A stretch of 64,000 bases of DNA from Patescibacteria group bacterium (GCA_041658075.1 JBBAAW010000002.1:602-64601), one strand, 5' to 3'. Counted from the first letter of the stretch, positions 38,125 through 47,926 are shown. Numbers and translations: made by a program. The notes: generated by a model from the letters alone, not told the origin.

Positions 38125-38169
38125 GGCGTTCTGGTGTGTGAGCAATCACAACTTATACACCAGAACGCC
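38125..38169. terminator. 13-bp perfect inverted repeat hairpin between convergent genes
   Basis: GGCGTTCTGGTGT-(19 nt loop)-ACACCAGAACGCC. There is no clean U-tract. Confidence 0.35.
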
Positions 38170-38193
38170 TAAGGACAAAGAATTATTTACTGA

Positions 38194-39426
38194 CTAAATA
38201 CTCACAAGTCCTACGTTAATAGCTCTGCTGGCTTCTGACAGAGCCGTGTATTTTTTCCCATCGGGGTCAATTTCCTTTAAAGCTAGAGCCACGGGTTCAA
38301 TATTATGCTGCATCCTTGCTTTCAAGAAATTCTCCAATCCCATATACTCTATGATTTCCTTAACGGTAGTGTATGAAGTCATATAATCCTGAGTAATCTC
38401 AGGAAGTGCCGCCCCCGTGCCTTTTTGTAACTGAAAATATACCGCCCACCCTTCCTCAATTGCTGATCGAGAAAATGACTCATTTACCCTAAGTAATTTA
38501 TGATTTGTTAGATCCATAACATCCTCTCTAAACCCCATTCTCACTAATTTCACAATATTGCTCGTTCTTCCCTCAGATGGAAGGTCCAGCAGTCCCAACT
38601 CGTCGATTAAATGGGCTGCTTCATGTCGCTGAGCAGAGCTCGCTCTAGCTAAAGAAGGTAAAACGCGCACGACTCCATCCACAAAAGTTAGGTCCGTGTC
38701 CATAATCGTTACTGCACAGCTTTCTCCTAAAGTGTTCGGAAAGGTTCTCATTCCCCCAAACCCAACCTCCAAAGTGGCCTTCTGCATTAACTGCCTATGT
38801 GAAGCTCCAGTCTCCGAGTCTGCCGCAAGAATTTCTTTATCCAAAATTGTCGGCGCAATTGTTAGCCACTCTTCTCGCGAAACAGCAATCATACTTCCAA
38901 CAATATTTCTCATTGCCAATCTACAGTCCTCAGGTACTAAATCCAGCAACTCGTTGTTTAAAGCCTCTAGCTCTCCTTCCAATTGTGATCTAGCATTTAG
39001 GAAATCTTGTCTCACGCCTTTAGCCCAAGCAATTTGAGTTTCAGCATCTGCGTTAACCAAACCAATAAAGAAATCTTTAGCTGGAAAAAAAATCGTTTGC
39101 TTACGCCCCATGCCCCGGCTTAATAACGATGGACCGAACCTTTCATCACCCAATAGATCGCATACCTCTATGTAATGTTTTGCGGTCTCATTGAATAATC
39201 CCGGTAGGACAACCCCTAAATCTTCATCAGCAATATCGTGCGTGGCGAGTGCCTCAAAGAACGACCTTACAGGTGTAAGGCTTCTCTCCCGAGAGTAGTC
39301 GAATATTTTGTTCAATTCCTCAGGATGCCACGTTGAATGGAGCGTCTCCAAAGCATCTTTTATTTCCTGACGAATTCCCTCTTTCTGCCAATACTCCTGT
39401 CCCTGAAATGTTTCATCTCTACTCAC
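38194..39426 (-). CDS. hypothetical 410-aa protein with HExxH zinc-metallopeptidase-like motif, in a GC-rich island
   Basis: QRHEAAHLIDELG holds HEAAH with downstream Glu residues. There is no signal peptide. Local GC is about 48% against ~36% background. Confidence 0.45.
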   Translation of the reverse strand: MSRDETFQGQEYWQKEGIRQEIKDALETLHSTWHPEELNKIFDYSRERSLTPVRSFFEALATHDIADEDLGVVLPGLFNETAKHYIEVCDLLGDERFGPSLLSRGMGRKQTIFFPAKDFFIGLVNADAETQIAWAKGVRQDFLNARSQLEGELEALNNELLDLVPEDCRLAMRNIVGSMIAVSREEWLTIAPTILDKEILAADSETGASHRQLMQKATLEVGFGGMRTFPNTLGESCAVTIMDTDLTFVDGVVRVLPSLARASSAQRHEAAHLIDELGLLDLPSEGRTSNIVKLVRMGFREDVMDLTNHKLLRVNESFSRSAIEEGWAVYFQLQKGTGAALPEITQDYMTSYTTVKEIIEYMGLENFLKARMQHNIEPVALALKEIDPDGKKYTALSEASRAINVGLVSI

Positions 39427-39498
39427 ATCATCAATATTATCAGATTGAGTAAAAATTCTCTTGACAGTTTTCTTATATCCGCTTATTGTAAATGTGTG

Positions 39499-40074
39499 AT
39501 GAGAAGTAATGAAACATCTCTTAGTATTCGAGAAGTCCCTGCTGAAGCTGTTACTCCGGAAGTAAGGCGAGAATTTGAAGTAATTAACATTGCAGCCGCT
39601 GGCAGCTTTATGGGTCGACTTAGGGAAATTTCCAATGATGAAGAGGCAAAAGCAGCTTTAGCGGCGTGTGCGAGAATCCCTGTTAACGCAGCTCTAGCGG
39701 CTTTGGACGCTTTTCCTATAATTGGGGAGGCGGTAAGTATGAGTAATCTAGGCATGAAAGGGTTGCGTGTAATAGCTCCGTTCTTAAAAAAAGTTGATCC
39801 TACACCTGATGTTGGCCTTGTCTCTACGGGACTTATGGAAGCAGGATTAGCCCCTGTCGAGTTGGCGACGGGTGGAATGTTTCCGTCCTTTTTAGTGAAC
39901 GGCCTCAGACAAGCCCAGATAGATTTTAAGAGAGGGCATTTTGATAACGCTGGAAAGGTTCTTGGCTATTTATTTACAGGTAACGAACGTTATAGACAAG
40001 AGCTGCAGGATAAAGGTCTGCTTTTGAACAGTGCAGCGAACGTTTTCTTACTAGGAAAGGAGTCGCACGACTAA
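39499..40074 (+). CDS. hypothetical Ala-rich protein (island gene)
   Basis: Start trimmed to the Met downstream of the divergent neighbour. No known motif. Confidence 0.35.
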   Translation: MRSNETSLSIREVPAEAVTPEVRREFEVINIAAAGSFMGRLREISNDEEAKAALAACARIPVNAALAALDAFPIIGEAVSMSNLGMKGLRVIAPFLKKVDPTPDVGLVSTGLMEAGLAPVELATGGMFPSFLVNGLRQAQIDFKRGHFDNAGKVLGYLFTGNERYRQELQDKGLLLNSAANVFLLGKESHD

Positions 40075-40114
40075 AGAAGAAAGACAAATAAAAGTAGAGG
40101 CGCTTCTAACACTT

Positions 40115-40312
40115 ATGGAGTATTCTCTGATCGTTGCACCAGATCTAAAAGAGGCCATCAAAACTAATATAAATGATATTACTGACACAGAACTTAGTGG
40201 TTTAGGCACACTTCTTGCACTTGAGCATAAACACCGGGACAAGCTAGATGCAACAATGGTCACAACATTTTTTGAAACGTTGGAAAAGTACAAACCTCAG
40301 GAAGCAAAATAG
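40115..40312 (+). CDS. hypothetical small protein (island gene)
   Basis: 65-aa ORF collinear with its neighbours. Confidence 0.3.
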   Translation: MEYSLIVAPDLKEAIKTNINDITDTELSGLGTLLALEHKHRDKLDATMVTTFFETLEKYKPQEAK

Positions 40313-40357
40313 GCTACTATTAACCTCAACCAACTATTTTTCTGTTAGTATAAATGT

Positions 40358-40939
40358 ATGTTTAGATTCATTAATGGAATTGGGTTTCATGAAAACAAAG
40401 ATTTAAAGGCTTTATATCTAATTAACGGCATATTTATTTTTGCCAGTTCCCTGCTTGGACCTTTATATGCTTTGTACGTTGGTGGCATCAAATCAGGACC
40501 TTTGGCTGTTAGCTTTTCGTGGGCAGTTTTTGTTTTAGCAGCCTCCTTATTTCTAGCTATACTATCCGCATATGGCGACAGACTAAAGAATAGAGCTTTG
40601 GCCGTGTGTATAAGCTTTCTAATAAGAAGCGTTGCGTGGTTTGGCATGGCTTTTATTACTACATTTATACAGCTCTTAGTGATTCAAATCGTTCTTGCGT
40701 TAGGTGACGCCTTAGGAGGACCCACGTTTGATGCGCTTCTGGCAGAACACCTGGATCGAAACAAGCATGTTCATGACTATGCCGACTGGAGAATCTTAGC
40801 ATACCTAGCTATAGGAGTGGGAACACTGGCTGGGGGTTACTTAATGGATATCTATGGGTTTAGAATTTTATTTATATCGATGTCAGTTTTAGCACTCTTA
40901 CCGACTGTTGTTATTTACTTTAAAATGGTTAAAAAGTGA
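40358..40939 (+). CDS. MFS transporter N-terminal half (6 TM), probably a truncated gene
   Basis: 193 aa with about six TM helices and MFS-like loop motifs. It ends where a full MFS would continue. Confidence 0.4.
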   Translation: MFRFINGIGFHENKDLKALYLINGIFIFASSLLGPLYALYVGGIKSGPLAVSFSWAVFVLAASLFLAILSAYGDRLKNRALAVCISFLIRSVAWFGMAFITTFIQLLVIQIVLALGDALGGPTFDALLAEHLDRNKHVHDYADWRILAYLAIGVGTLAGGYLMDIYGFRILFISMSVLALLPTVVIYFKMVKK

Positions 40940-41001
40940 TTGTTGAGTGTATAATACGTGCTAGCTAGCGATTCGATCAGTAAAGTGCAGAGGAGGAAAT
41001 T

Positions 41002-41250
41002 ATGTGGAAAGTCAAAAGTCTGCAGATCCCGGCGGCCGGGTCCGGCAGAGCAATCAGGGAGTTTTGGACGCTGGTGGATGAGAAAACTCAAAGGTACATG
41101 AAACGAGGTCCTCTCTCGGGCATCTTTGCTCCTGGTTCCCTGAGTAAGCCTATCGCGACAACCGATAGGGCGACAGATGCCCACGTCTGGGGAAGTTTTT
41201 CCGAGTTAACCTCGTGGGCCCGGGGCAGAAACATACCCTTTCGTGTCTGA
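41002..41250 (+). CDS. hypothetical small protein with strong SD
   Basis: GGAGGAAATT-ATG ribosome-binding site. 82 aa. Confidence 0.4.
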   Translation: MWKVKSLQIPAAGSGRAIREFWTLVDEKTQRYMKRGPLSGIFAPGSLSKPIATTDRATDAHVWGSFSELTSWARGRNIPFRV

Positions 41251-41409
41251 CCGTTAGGTCAAAGAGGCGCTTTGCGCAGCGATCTATTTTTTGCTGTACC
41301 AAGCGCCCTCTTTACGTATATTAACCCAAATTCTAATAGTACTTGTTTCTCTCTTCTTTTTGGTGTAAAATGATTAAGTCCAGTAGCCCAACCAAATGAG
41401 GAGGTCGAC

Positions 41410-41586
41410 ATGTCAGATCCAAATGCCCCCAAAAGGGGCAAAGCTTTTGTCATCGCGTTCCCTTGGGCAAAATCCGCAAAGAAGCAGAAGCGAGTCTGCG
41501 AAACGTGCGGAAAGCCGGTGGCTAAAGCCGCCACCAGATGTGGGAACTGCGGATCCATCGAATTGAAGCTCGTGGACGAGGACTAA
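41410..41586 (+). CDS. small zinc-ribbon protein (58 aa), missed by the 60-aa ORF cutoff
   Basis: GAGGAGGTCGAC-ATG SD. The product MSDPNAPKRGKAF...CETCGKPVAKAATRCGNCGS... has CxxC...CxxC. The overlapping minus-strand ORFs have no such signals. Confidence 0.55.
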   Translation: MSDPNAPKRGKAFVIAFPWAKSAKKQKRVCETCGKPVAKAATRCGNCGSIELKLVDED

Positions 41587-42009
41587 CCGCAGAAAAGGAC
41601 CAGTTCGAATAGCTACCAAGGGGGTTACATTGAAAGGCATCAACCATTCCTTTTAATTAACCCCCCAGATTTTTCATAAAAACTTTTTCCCCTTACCACC
41701 TGTTTCATTTATTTCACGACCTATTAATTCATTGAGTAGTTTACATAAAAGGCGATGGCGGTTACTCTTGTTTCAAATGTGGAAACAAGCTTAACCGCCT
41801 GCAGTTCAACCACTCAAGTCCTTCTCTTTTTGAAGACCAGTTTGCACGGCTGGATTGTGTCTCCGAGCGTCAGTCTCAACTGAATCCCCCAACTTATGCC
41901 CACAATCCACACAATACCATCGTGGCAAATTAATCGCTTATGACACACACAACAGCAAGGTATATAATGCATATCAGAAGAAGGTCTAGGCTCGCGGCAG
42001 GAGGACGCC

Positions 42010-42213
42010 ATGCTCATTATCAAATGGACGGGAGTTTTCGAAAAGCACGGGAAGAAACGCATACACCGTCAAACCTTTTGGTGTAAAAGCCAAAAGTTGT
42101 GGGAAAGCAAGAGAAGGCAAGATGCCGTTAGGAGAATGATAAAAACCATTGAAGAACAGGGATTCCACTTTGAACGTGCAGCTGTCACAATCTCCACGAT
42201 CTCAGAGAAGTAG
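42010..42213 (+). CDS. hypothetical small basic protein
   Basis: CAGGAGGACGCC-ATG SD with a TATAAT-like box about 45 bp upstream. Confidence 0.4.
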   Translation: MLIIKWTGVFEKHGKKRIHRQTFWCKSQKLWESKRRQDAVRRMIKTIEEQGFHFERAAVTISTISEK

Positions 42214-42330
42214 CACCGGGCCAGGGATATCTTGGGGGACAACATCAGGTCGCGCATATGCCGATCTCTGAAGTCCCCCAACATCTACCCAAGTATTGCG
42301 AAATACCTTCTAGAACTAATATAATCTCTT

Positions 42331-43290
42331 GTGCCAAATTTTTGGAAAACACTCAAAACACCAATAACCGCCCTTGCGCCCATGGATGACGTTACAGACT
42401 TTGTCTTTAGAGAAATTGTGGCAACCACTGCAAAGCCCAATGTACTATTTACGGAATTTACCAGCACGGATGGACTCTTTTCCAAGGGACACGATAAAGT
42501 AGCTAGAAGGTTGTTGTTTTCGGAAGTTCAGCGCCCAGTAATCGCTCAAATTTGGGGAGCGACACCCGAAAATTATGAAAAAGCCGCTAAATTTATTGAG
42601 GAACTCGGCTTTGACGGAATCGATATCAACATGGGCTGTCCCGATAAAGGTGTGATGAAGAAAAATTCTGGCGCTTCTCTAATAAATAACAAGCAACTAG
42701 TTTCAGAAATAATCAACGCAGTAAGAGCGGGCTCGCCGAACATACCGCTTAGCGTAAAAACAAGGCTGGATACAGATCAGGAATTAACCAAAGAATGGAT
42801 ATCATTTCTTTTGTCGAGAAACATTGACACTCTGATAATTCACGGAAGAAAAGCCGAGGCTATGTCCAAAGAAAAAGCAAATTGGGAAGAAATTGCTAAA
42901 GCTGTGAAACTTAGAGATAAAATTAATCCGGAAATTCTTATAATCGGAAACGGGGATGTCAGCAGTTACAAAGAGGTCTTAGAGAAACGAAATAATTACG
43001 GTGTGGACGGAGTAATGATTGGGAGAGGGATATTTCACAATCCTTGGATTTTTGAAAAGAGTAAAAATCCTTTAAAACACACTAAGAAAGAATACATCGA
43101 CCTGTTAAAACGTCACGTTGATTTGTTTAATGACACATGGGGCAAGACAAAAAACTTTGAACTTATGAAAAAGTTTTTCAAGATCTACGTTAAGGAATTT
43201 AAAGGCGCAGACGACCTGAGACAAAAATTAATGGAGTGCCGAAGTTATGAGGAGGTAGGCTGCGTGATCAACGCAAATCAGTCCCTTTGA
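42331..43290 (+). CDS. tRNA-dihydrouridine synthase
   Basis: ALAPMDDVTDFVFREI..., a TIM-barrel Dus family signature. Length is 319 aa. Confidence 0.85.
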   Translation: MPNFWKTLKTPITALAPMDDVTDFVFREIVATTAKPNVLFTEFTSTDGLFSKGHDKVARRLLFSEVQRPVIAQIWGATPENYEKAAKFIEELGFDGIDINMGCPDKGVMKKNSGASLINNKQLVSEIINAVRAGSPNIPLSVKTRLDTDQELTKEWISFLLSRNIDTLIIHGRKAEAMSKEKANWEEIAKAVKLRDKINPEILIIGNGDVSSYKEVLEKRNNYGVDGVMIGRGIFHNPWIFEKSKNPLKHTKKEYIDLLKRHVDLFNDTWGKTKNFELMKKFFKIYVKEFKGADDLRQKLMECRSYEEVGCVINANQSL

Positions 43291-43306
43291 CATCACACGA
43301 TTATTT

Positions 43307-44590
43307 ATGCAGACTGTGCTTATGAAAAGACCTGAGAACGGACATGTTGTACTAAAGTTATTTCTTGCTATGTTTGTGGTCCTGTTCCTTTCCGTAACAG
43401 CTTCTTTAATTATTACCAAGGAACAAGTTTTCAGAAATCATAGAGCTGACTCAAACCCAAGCAAAGTGCCAGAATCCACTACGTCCGCGAAAATCGAAGA
43501 ACCTATTGAATCCACCCCAGCAGCAGAGCTTGCAGTACTCGCTGCAGAGCAAAAGCCCACCGAATCCAGCAAATCTACGAAAGTACTAGGAACAGAGGAT
43601 GCCAGCGGTCAGGTCTTTTATAGTCGAACAACTGCAAATAACAAAGTGGGCATGTACGTTCACAATATTACCGACGATATTAAAGCTGCAGCCAAACTTA
43701 TCAACAGCGGTGGGGGTAAATGGGGCTACGTACTCTTAACAATGGATATCAAAGATGGTAACGAATCGTATTGGCAAGAACTCTTTGATGCCGCATCAAA
43801 AAGTCAACTGATTCCCATTGTACAGATTTCTAATAACAATGTGTGCAAGCCGGATAAGATGGACTTTGAAGAACTAGCCAAAACTTTAAATAGCGTAAAA
43901 TGGCCCAGCAAACATCGTTACATTACTGTTTTTAACGAAATGAATTCCAAGGACTACTGGTGCCAAAAAATCGCGCCGGAAGAATACGCCCAAGCCTTAG
44001 ATAAAGCTATCAAGGCCTTTAAAAAGAAAAGCGATAGATTTTTTATCATGCCTGGGGCATTTAACAGTAGCGCGCGAACACAGGATAGGTACTTGAGTGA
44101 AGACGCGTATCTTTCCAGAATGGATAAAGCGGTTCCGGGAATTTTTAAAAAGATCGACGGCTGGGCAACTCATTCTTATCCTCACCCCAATTTTAGCGGA
44201 GATATAAATAACTTACCCGCCGGTTACAGTGCTCGTGACACAATAAATAACTACACATGGGAATTAGGTCTACTTAAAAAGTATTTTGGCGTGGGACCTT
44301 TGCCGGTATTTATTACTGAAACGGGCTGGTTACATAAAGAAGGGCAAAACGGCTGTGTTCAATATTCTCAAAGTAATCTTTTATCGACAGAAACCGTGTC
44401 TAAAAGATATAAAGATGCCTTTGTAAATTATTGGTTAAATGATGTAAGAATAGTGGCTGTTACCCCGTTTATTTTTAGAAGCAGCGATCCGTGCGCTTCA
44501 GGATTTGCCTGGCAAAAATCGGACGGAAGCTGGTATCCACAAGCAAAGATGCTTATGGCAATTCCAAAGACCGCGGGAAGCCCCGATTAA
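43307..44590 (+). CDS. membrane-anchored GH5-like (clan GH-A) glycoside hydrolase
   Basis: TM anchor, Ser/Thr-rich linker, a VFNEMN acid/base-type motif, and an ITETGW nucleophile-type motif. Confidence 0.5.
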   Translation: MQTVLMKRPENGHVVLKLFLAMFVVLFLSVTASLIITKEQVFRNHRADSNPSKVPESTTSAKIEEPIESTPAAELAVLAAEQKPTESSKSTKVLGTEDASGQVFYSRTTANNKVGMYVHNITDDIKAAAKLINSGGGKWGYVLLTMDIKDGNESYWQELFDAASKSQLIPIVQISNNNVCKPDKMDFEELAKTLNSVKWPSKHRYITVFNEMNSKDYWCQKIAPEEYAQALDKAIKAFKKKSDRFFIMPGAFNSSARTQDRYLSEDAYLSRMDKAVPGIFKKIDGWATHSYPHPNFSGDINNLPAGYSARDTINNYTWELGLLKKYFGVGPLPVFITETGWLHKEGQNGCVQYSQSNLLSTETVSKRYKDAFVNYWLNDVRIVAVTPFIFRSSDPCASGFAWQKSDGSWYPQAKMLMAIPKTAGSPD

Positions 44591-44600
44591 AACCAAAAGA

Positions 44601-46442
44601 TCAGACTATTTTTTTGGAAGAGCGGTGTCTTAAATTAGGATCCAGGATTCTTTTTCTAAGTCGTAAGTTCAAAGGAGTAACTTCTAAAAGCTCGTCGTCC
44701 TCCAAAAAATCTAGACACTGTTCCAAACTCATTTCAACGTGCGGAGGTAAAACTATTCCCTCCTCTCCTACTGAGCGATTATTGGTAAGCTGCTTTTCTT
44801 TGCAAACATTTACCTCCATATCTTCATCACGTGCGTTAAGCCCCACAATCATTCCCTGATAAACCATAGTTTGGGGTGGAATAAAAACAGGACCTTTGTC
44901 GTGCGCCACTACAAGACCGTAAGCAACCGCTTTTCCTGTGGAGGAGGCAATAATAACGCCTTTTCTAAGTTTAGATATTGGCGCACCAGCCTTTTCGTGT
45001 CGCAAAAATACCGAATTAACCACCGCTGTACCTTTAGAAAGGGTAAGTAAAGCTCCCCGCAAACCCAAAATTCCGCGGGTGGTAATTTCAAAAATTAGTC
45101 GTGTGGAAGTTTCTGTGAGGTCTTCTTGTAAAATTAAAACGCCCCGCCTTCTACCAAGTTCGCTTTTTACTGCTCCAAGGTATGTATTTTCCACATCCAC
45201 ACAAAGCTCCTCCACAGGCTCCATTTCCATGCCATCTACCGTTTTTGTTATGACTTTAGGCTTTCCCACACTTAACTCAAAACCTTCGCGTCTTAAAGTT
45301 TCCAAAAACACGCTTAAATGCAACTCGCCACGACCTGATAACATATACTGCCCGTCCTCTGTAATTTTAAACCTCATAGCAATATTTGTTTGGACTTCTT
45401 TTTCAATCCGTTCCAAAACTTGTCGACCTGTTAAAAACTTGCCTTCTTTACCCATAAATGGTGAGGTGTTTGGACCAATTGAGATGCTTAAAGTTGGTTC
45501 TTCTACAGAAATTGTAGGCAAGGCAACGGGATCTTTGGGATCGGCGATAGTATCTCCTATGGAAGCATTTTTAATACCGGTTAATGAAACAATGTCTCCG
45601 GCTATCCCCTCTTCTGTTTCCATCCTTTTAAGACCTTGATTAACAAAGACTTTTTCTATTACGACTTTCTCCTTTGCACCATTACTTTTAATTAAAACTG
45701 CCTGTGATTCTGCCCTAACAACACCGCGGGTAATTCGGCCAATGGCGTATTTTCCTTTGAAATTATCCCAATCCAATGTTGAAATCAGCATCTGAAAAGG
45801 CTCGTCGATGTTTGATGATGGAGCCGGAACGTACTGCAAAATAGCATCAAAAATCGGTGCAAAATCCACGCGTGCATCGTCAACCTCTTTCCAAGCTTTG
45901 CCGTCCCGTCCAATGGCGTAAAGGATCGGGATTTCTAATTGCGACTCGTGTGTTGCCAACTCCAGAAAAAGGTTATGGATCTTTTTTAACGTCTCTTCAA
46001 CCCGAGCATCTTTTTTGTCGATTTTGTTTATTACCACAATAATCTTTAGTCCTAAATCAAGTGCTTTTTTAAGAACAAACCGAGTTTGTGGCATAGGTCC
46101 CTCCTGCGCATCCACAACCAAAAGCGCACCATCTGCCATATTCAAGGTGCGCTCTACTTCTCCACCAAAGTCTGCGTGCCCGGGCGTGTCAATAATATTG
46201 ATTTTTACATCTTTGTAATTTACAGCTGTATTTTTGGCTAAAATCGTAATTCCGCGCTCGCGTTCCTGGTCGTTGGAATCCATTATTAAATCCTGCGACA
46301 TATAAAGCTCGTTTTCCCTAAAAGTTTTGGACTGTTTTAAAAGTCCGTCCACAATAGTGGTTTTACCGTGATCTACATGCGCAATTATTGCAATATTTCG
46401 TATGTTCATAGCGTCATCCTTAAGCAAACCGTTATTATACAC
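44601..46442 (-). CDS. typA: translational GTPase TypA/BipA. The real start is probably Met12 at 46409.
   Basis: [23 protein letters not shown]1 motif, [13 protein letters not shown]. The length is about 600 aa and the C-terminal domain is BipA-type. Confidence 0.9.
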   Translation of the reverse strand: MYNNGLLKDDAMNIRNIAIIAHVDHGKTTIVDGLLKQSKTFRENELYMSQDLIMDSNDQERERGITILAKNTAVNYKDVKINIIDTPGHADFGGEVERTLNMADGALLVVDAQEGPMPQTRFVLKKALDLGLKIIVVINKIDKKDARVEETLKKIHNLFLELATHESQLEIPILYAIGRDGKAWKEVDDARVDFAPIFDAILQYVPAPSSNIDEPFQMLISTLDWDNFKGKYAIGRITRGVVRAESQAVLIKSNGAKEKVVIEKVFVNQGLKRMETEEGIAGDIVSLTGIKNASIGDTIADPKDPVALPTISVEEPTLSISIGPNTSPFMGKEGKFLTGRQVLERIEKEVQTNIAMRFKITEDGQYMLSGRGELHLSVFLETLRREGFELSVGKPKVITKTVDGMEMEPVEELCVDVENTYLGAVKSELGRRRGVLILQEDLTETSTRLIFEITTRGILGLRGALLTLSKGTAVVNSVFLRHEKAGAPISKLRKGVIIASSTGKAVAYGLVVAHDKGPVFIPPQTMVYQGMIVGLNARDEDMEVNVCKEKQLTNNRSVGEEGIVLPPHVEMSLEQCLDFLEDDELLEVTPLNLRLRKRILDPNLRHRSSKKIV

Positions 46443-46495
46443 TTTTTTAGCATAAAATATTATTTTTGGCGTAAAGTCGGCGTTGCTGATATTAT

Positions 46496-46879
46496 TTAGA
46501 ACTTCGCTGTTTGAAGCGCGCTAAAGCGTTTGTAATAAACTTCATAGTATTTATTTGCACTAATTATGTTGTTATGAAATCTACTGGACTTTGAACCGGA
46601 ATACAGATACACCCCGTATTGGTTTTCTTTTATCGCGTTCTCGACAAATTCGTTGCCCCCACTTTTTAGGTAAGCACCCTTCCCATTAAACGCAATGTAA
46701 TTGTTTTTAACCTGGTTTTCTTGGGCGTTGTCGTAAAAATAAAAACCATATTCTGAATTACTTGTTACATTATTATTCACAAACACATTACTCTGAGAGT
46801 TTTGGTTAACTCTCAACAGTACTACCACCAAACCTGCTAAACTTTTTACAACCAAATCCTTAAATTTTTTGGTATTCAC
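46496..46879 (-). CDS. hypothetical secreted protein with beta-helix-like Asn-rich repeats
   Basis: N-terminal signal or TM, then repetitive N..I..N.. segments. Confidence 0.3.
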   Translation of the reverse strand: MNTKKFKDLVVKSLAGLVVVLLRVNQNSQSNVFVNNNVTSNSEYGFYFYDNAQENQVKNNYIAFNGKGAYLKSGGNEFVENAIKENQYGVYLYSGSKSSRFHNNIISANKYYEVYYKRFSALQTAKF

Positions 46880-47456
46880 AAACGAATTATATTATACTTT
46901 TGAGATGAAAGAAAAAACGATAAAAACTATCATTTCAATTATTGGACTGGCTTTAGGTGTACTGCTTCTATTTTTTGTAGCTAAAAATATTCGTGACGCA
47001 GAAAACATTATTTTAAAAGCGGGGGTGGCGGGGCCCGCAGTAGCAATTTTATTGTATGCGCTCTTTGCTCCTACCCCAGTGCCAACCGATTCTCTGACCC
47101 TCATTTGCGGAGCTATATACGGTCCGTTCTATGGAACCGCTATAGCTTGGATGGGCAACAATATAGCTGCCTTGGTTGAATACTTTATAGGCGCGCGCAT
47201 CCGTCAAGATATAGATTTTGAAAAAGAAAGAAAGAAACTCCCTTTTGGGCTTGGCAAACTGCCCATAGACTCTATTCCTGTTTTGACTTTGGGAAGAATG
47301 TTACCATTTTACGGATCCAAGGTCATCAGCATTATGGCCGGAATGTACGGAGTTCCTTACAAACGCTATATATGGACGTCAGCGCTGGTTAACTTAACAG
47401 GCGCTATAATGCTTTCTTTAGGCGGTCACGAGCTATTTTATTTATTGCGACATTAA
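46869..47456 (+). CDS. DedA/TVP38-family membrane protein
   Basis: The motif VPTDSLTLICGAIYGPFYGTAIAWMGNNIAALVEYFIGAR matches the DedA core. Confidence 0.6.
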   Translation: MVFTNELYYTFEMKEKTIKTIISIIGLALGVLLLFFVAKNIRDAENIILKAGVAGPAVAILLYALFAPTPVPTDSLTLICGAIYGPFYGTAIAWMGNNIAALVEYFIGARIRQDIDFEKERKKLPFGLGKLPIDSIPVLTLGRMLPFYGSKVISIMAGMYGVPYKRYIWTSALVNLTGAIMLSLGGHELFYLLRH

Positions 47457-47489
47457 ACTGCTTATTATAGTACTCAAAACAACAAAAAA

Positions 47490-47514
47490 GATCCCGCATG
47501 AGCGGGATCTTTTT
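47490..47514. terminator. bidirectional rho-independent terminator
   Basis: AAAAAA-GATCCCGC-ATGA-GCGGGATC-TTTTT between convergent genes. Confidence 0.7.
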
Positions 47515-47690
47515 AAATAACCATTAACCGGTTATTTCTTTTTCTTCTTTCCAGCTTTTTTCTTTTTTGCTGCGGGCACTACAAACACCCCCTCAGGGCA
47601 GAGCTTAGAAGCATAACGAAATTATACTTTTTTAGCCCACAAATTATTACCTAGTTTTATTAAAGATGATTTTTTCAATAAGTCAATACT

Positions 47691-47924
47691 TTATTGCACG
47701 ATGTCATCAAAATTGTCCACCAACTCTTCTCCACCAAAAACCGCATCTAAACTAGTCTCATCTTGCTTTCCTGATGGAATAAGTCCGCCTTCTTTAACCT
47801 CGCCAGAAACCATATTTGTGACCTTACGTGCCTTACTTACAACCAAACCGTTACTAATATAAAGAAGTGTGGCACTTAAGACTAATGCAATTCCAACAAT
47901 AATCAAAATAGCAATTTTTTTCAT
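47691..47924 (-). CDS. hypothetical small membrane-anchored protein
   Basis: N-terminal TM. Sits 2 nt after the upstream gene. Confidence 0.35.
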   Translation of the reverse strand: MKKIAILIIVGIALVLSATLLYISNGLVVSKARKVTNMVSGEVKEGGLIPSGKQDETSLDAVFGGEELVDNFDDIVQ

Positions 47925-47926
47925 TT

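Noticed and set aside
38696-39037. Plus-strand ORFs 38696..39037 and 38799..38993 inside the HExxH gene
   Set aside because: They are antisense to a 410-aa ORF with coherent composition. They are Ser/Ala/Leu-rich, as expected for the reverse frame of GC-rich coding DNA.
41259-41643. Two overlapping minus-strand ORFs (99 and 76 aa)
   Set aside because: No RBS or start context, and their Arg/Pro-rich composition is typical of antisense frames. The plus-strand 58-aa zinc-ribbon gene with a strong SD explains this DNA.
41814-42485. Cluster of short overlapping ORFs on both strands (41814..42062, 41986..42168, 42069..42284, 42285..42485)
   Set aside because: They are mutually overlapping and lack signals. 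Only 42010..42213 has an SD and a promoter-like box. The rest is treated as non-coding or decayed island DNA.
47521-47640. Lys-rich micro-ORF (…VFVVPAAKKKKAGKKKKK) on the minus strand with a TATAAT-like box
   Set aside because: It has no ATG, and only a GTG yielding about 18 aa. Low-complexity A/T-rich DNA commonly produces such frames.
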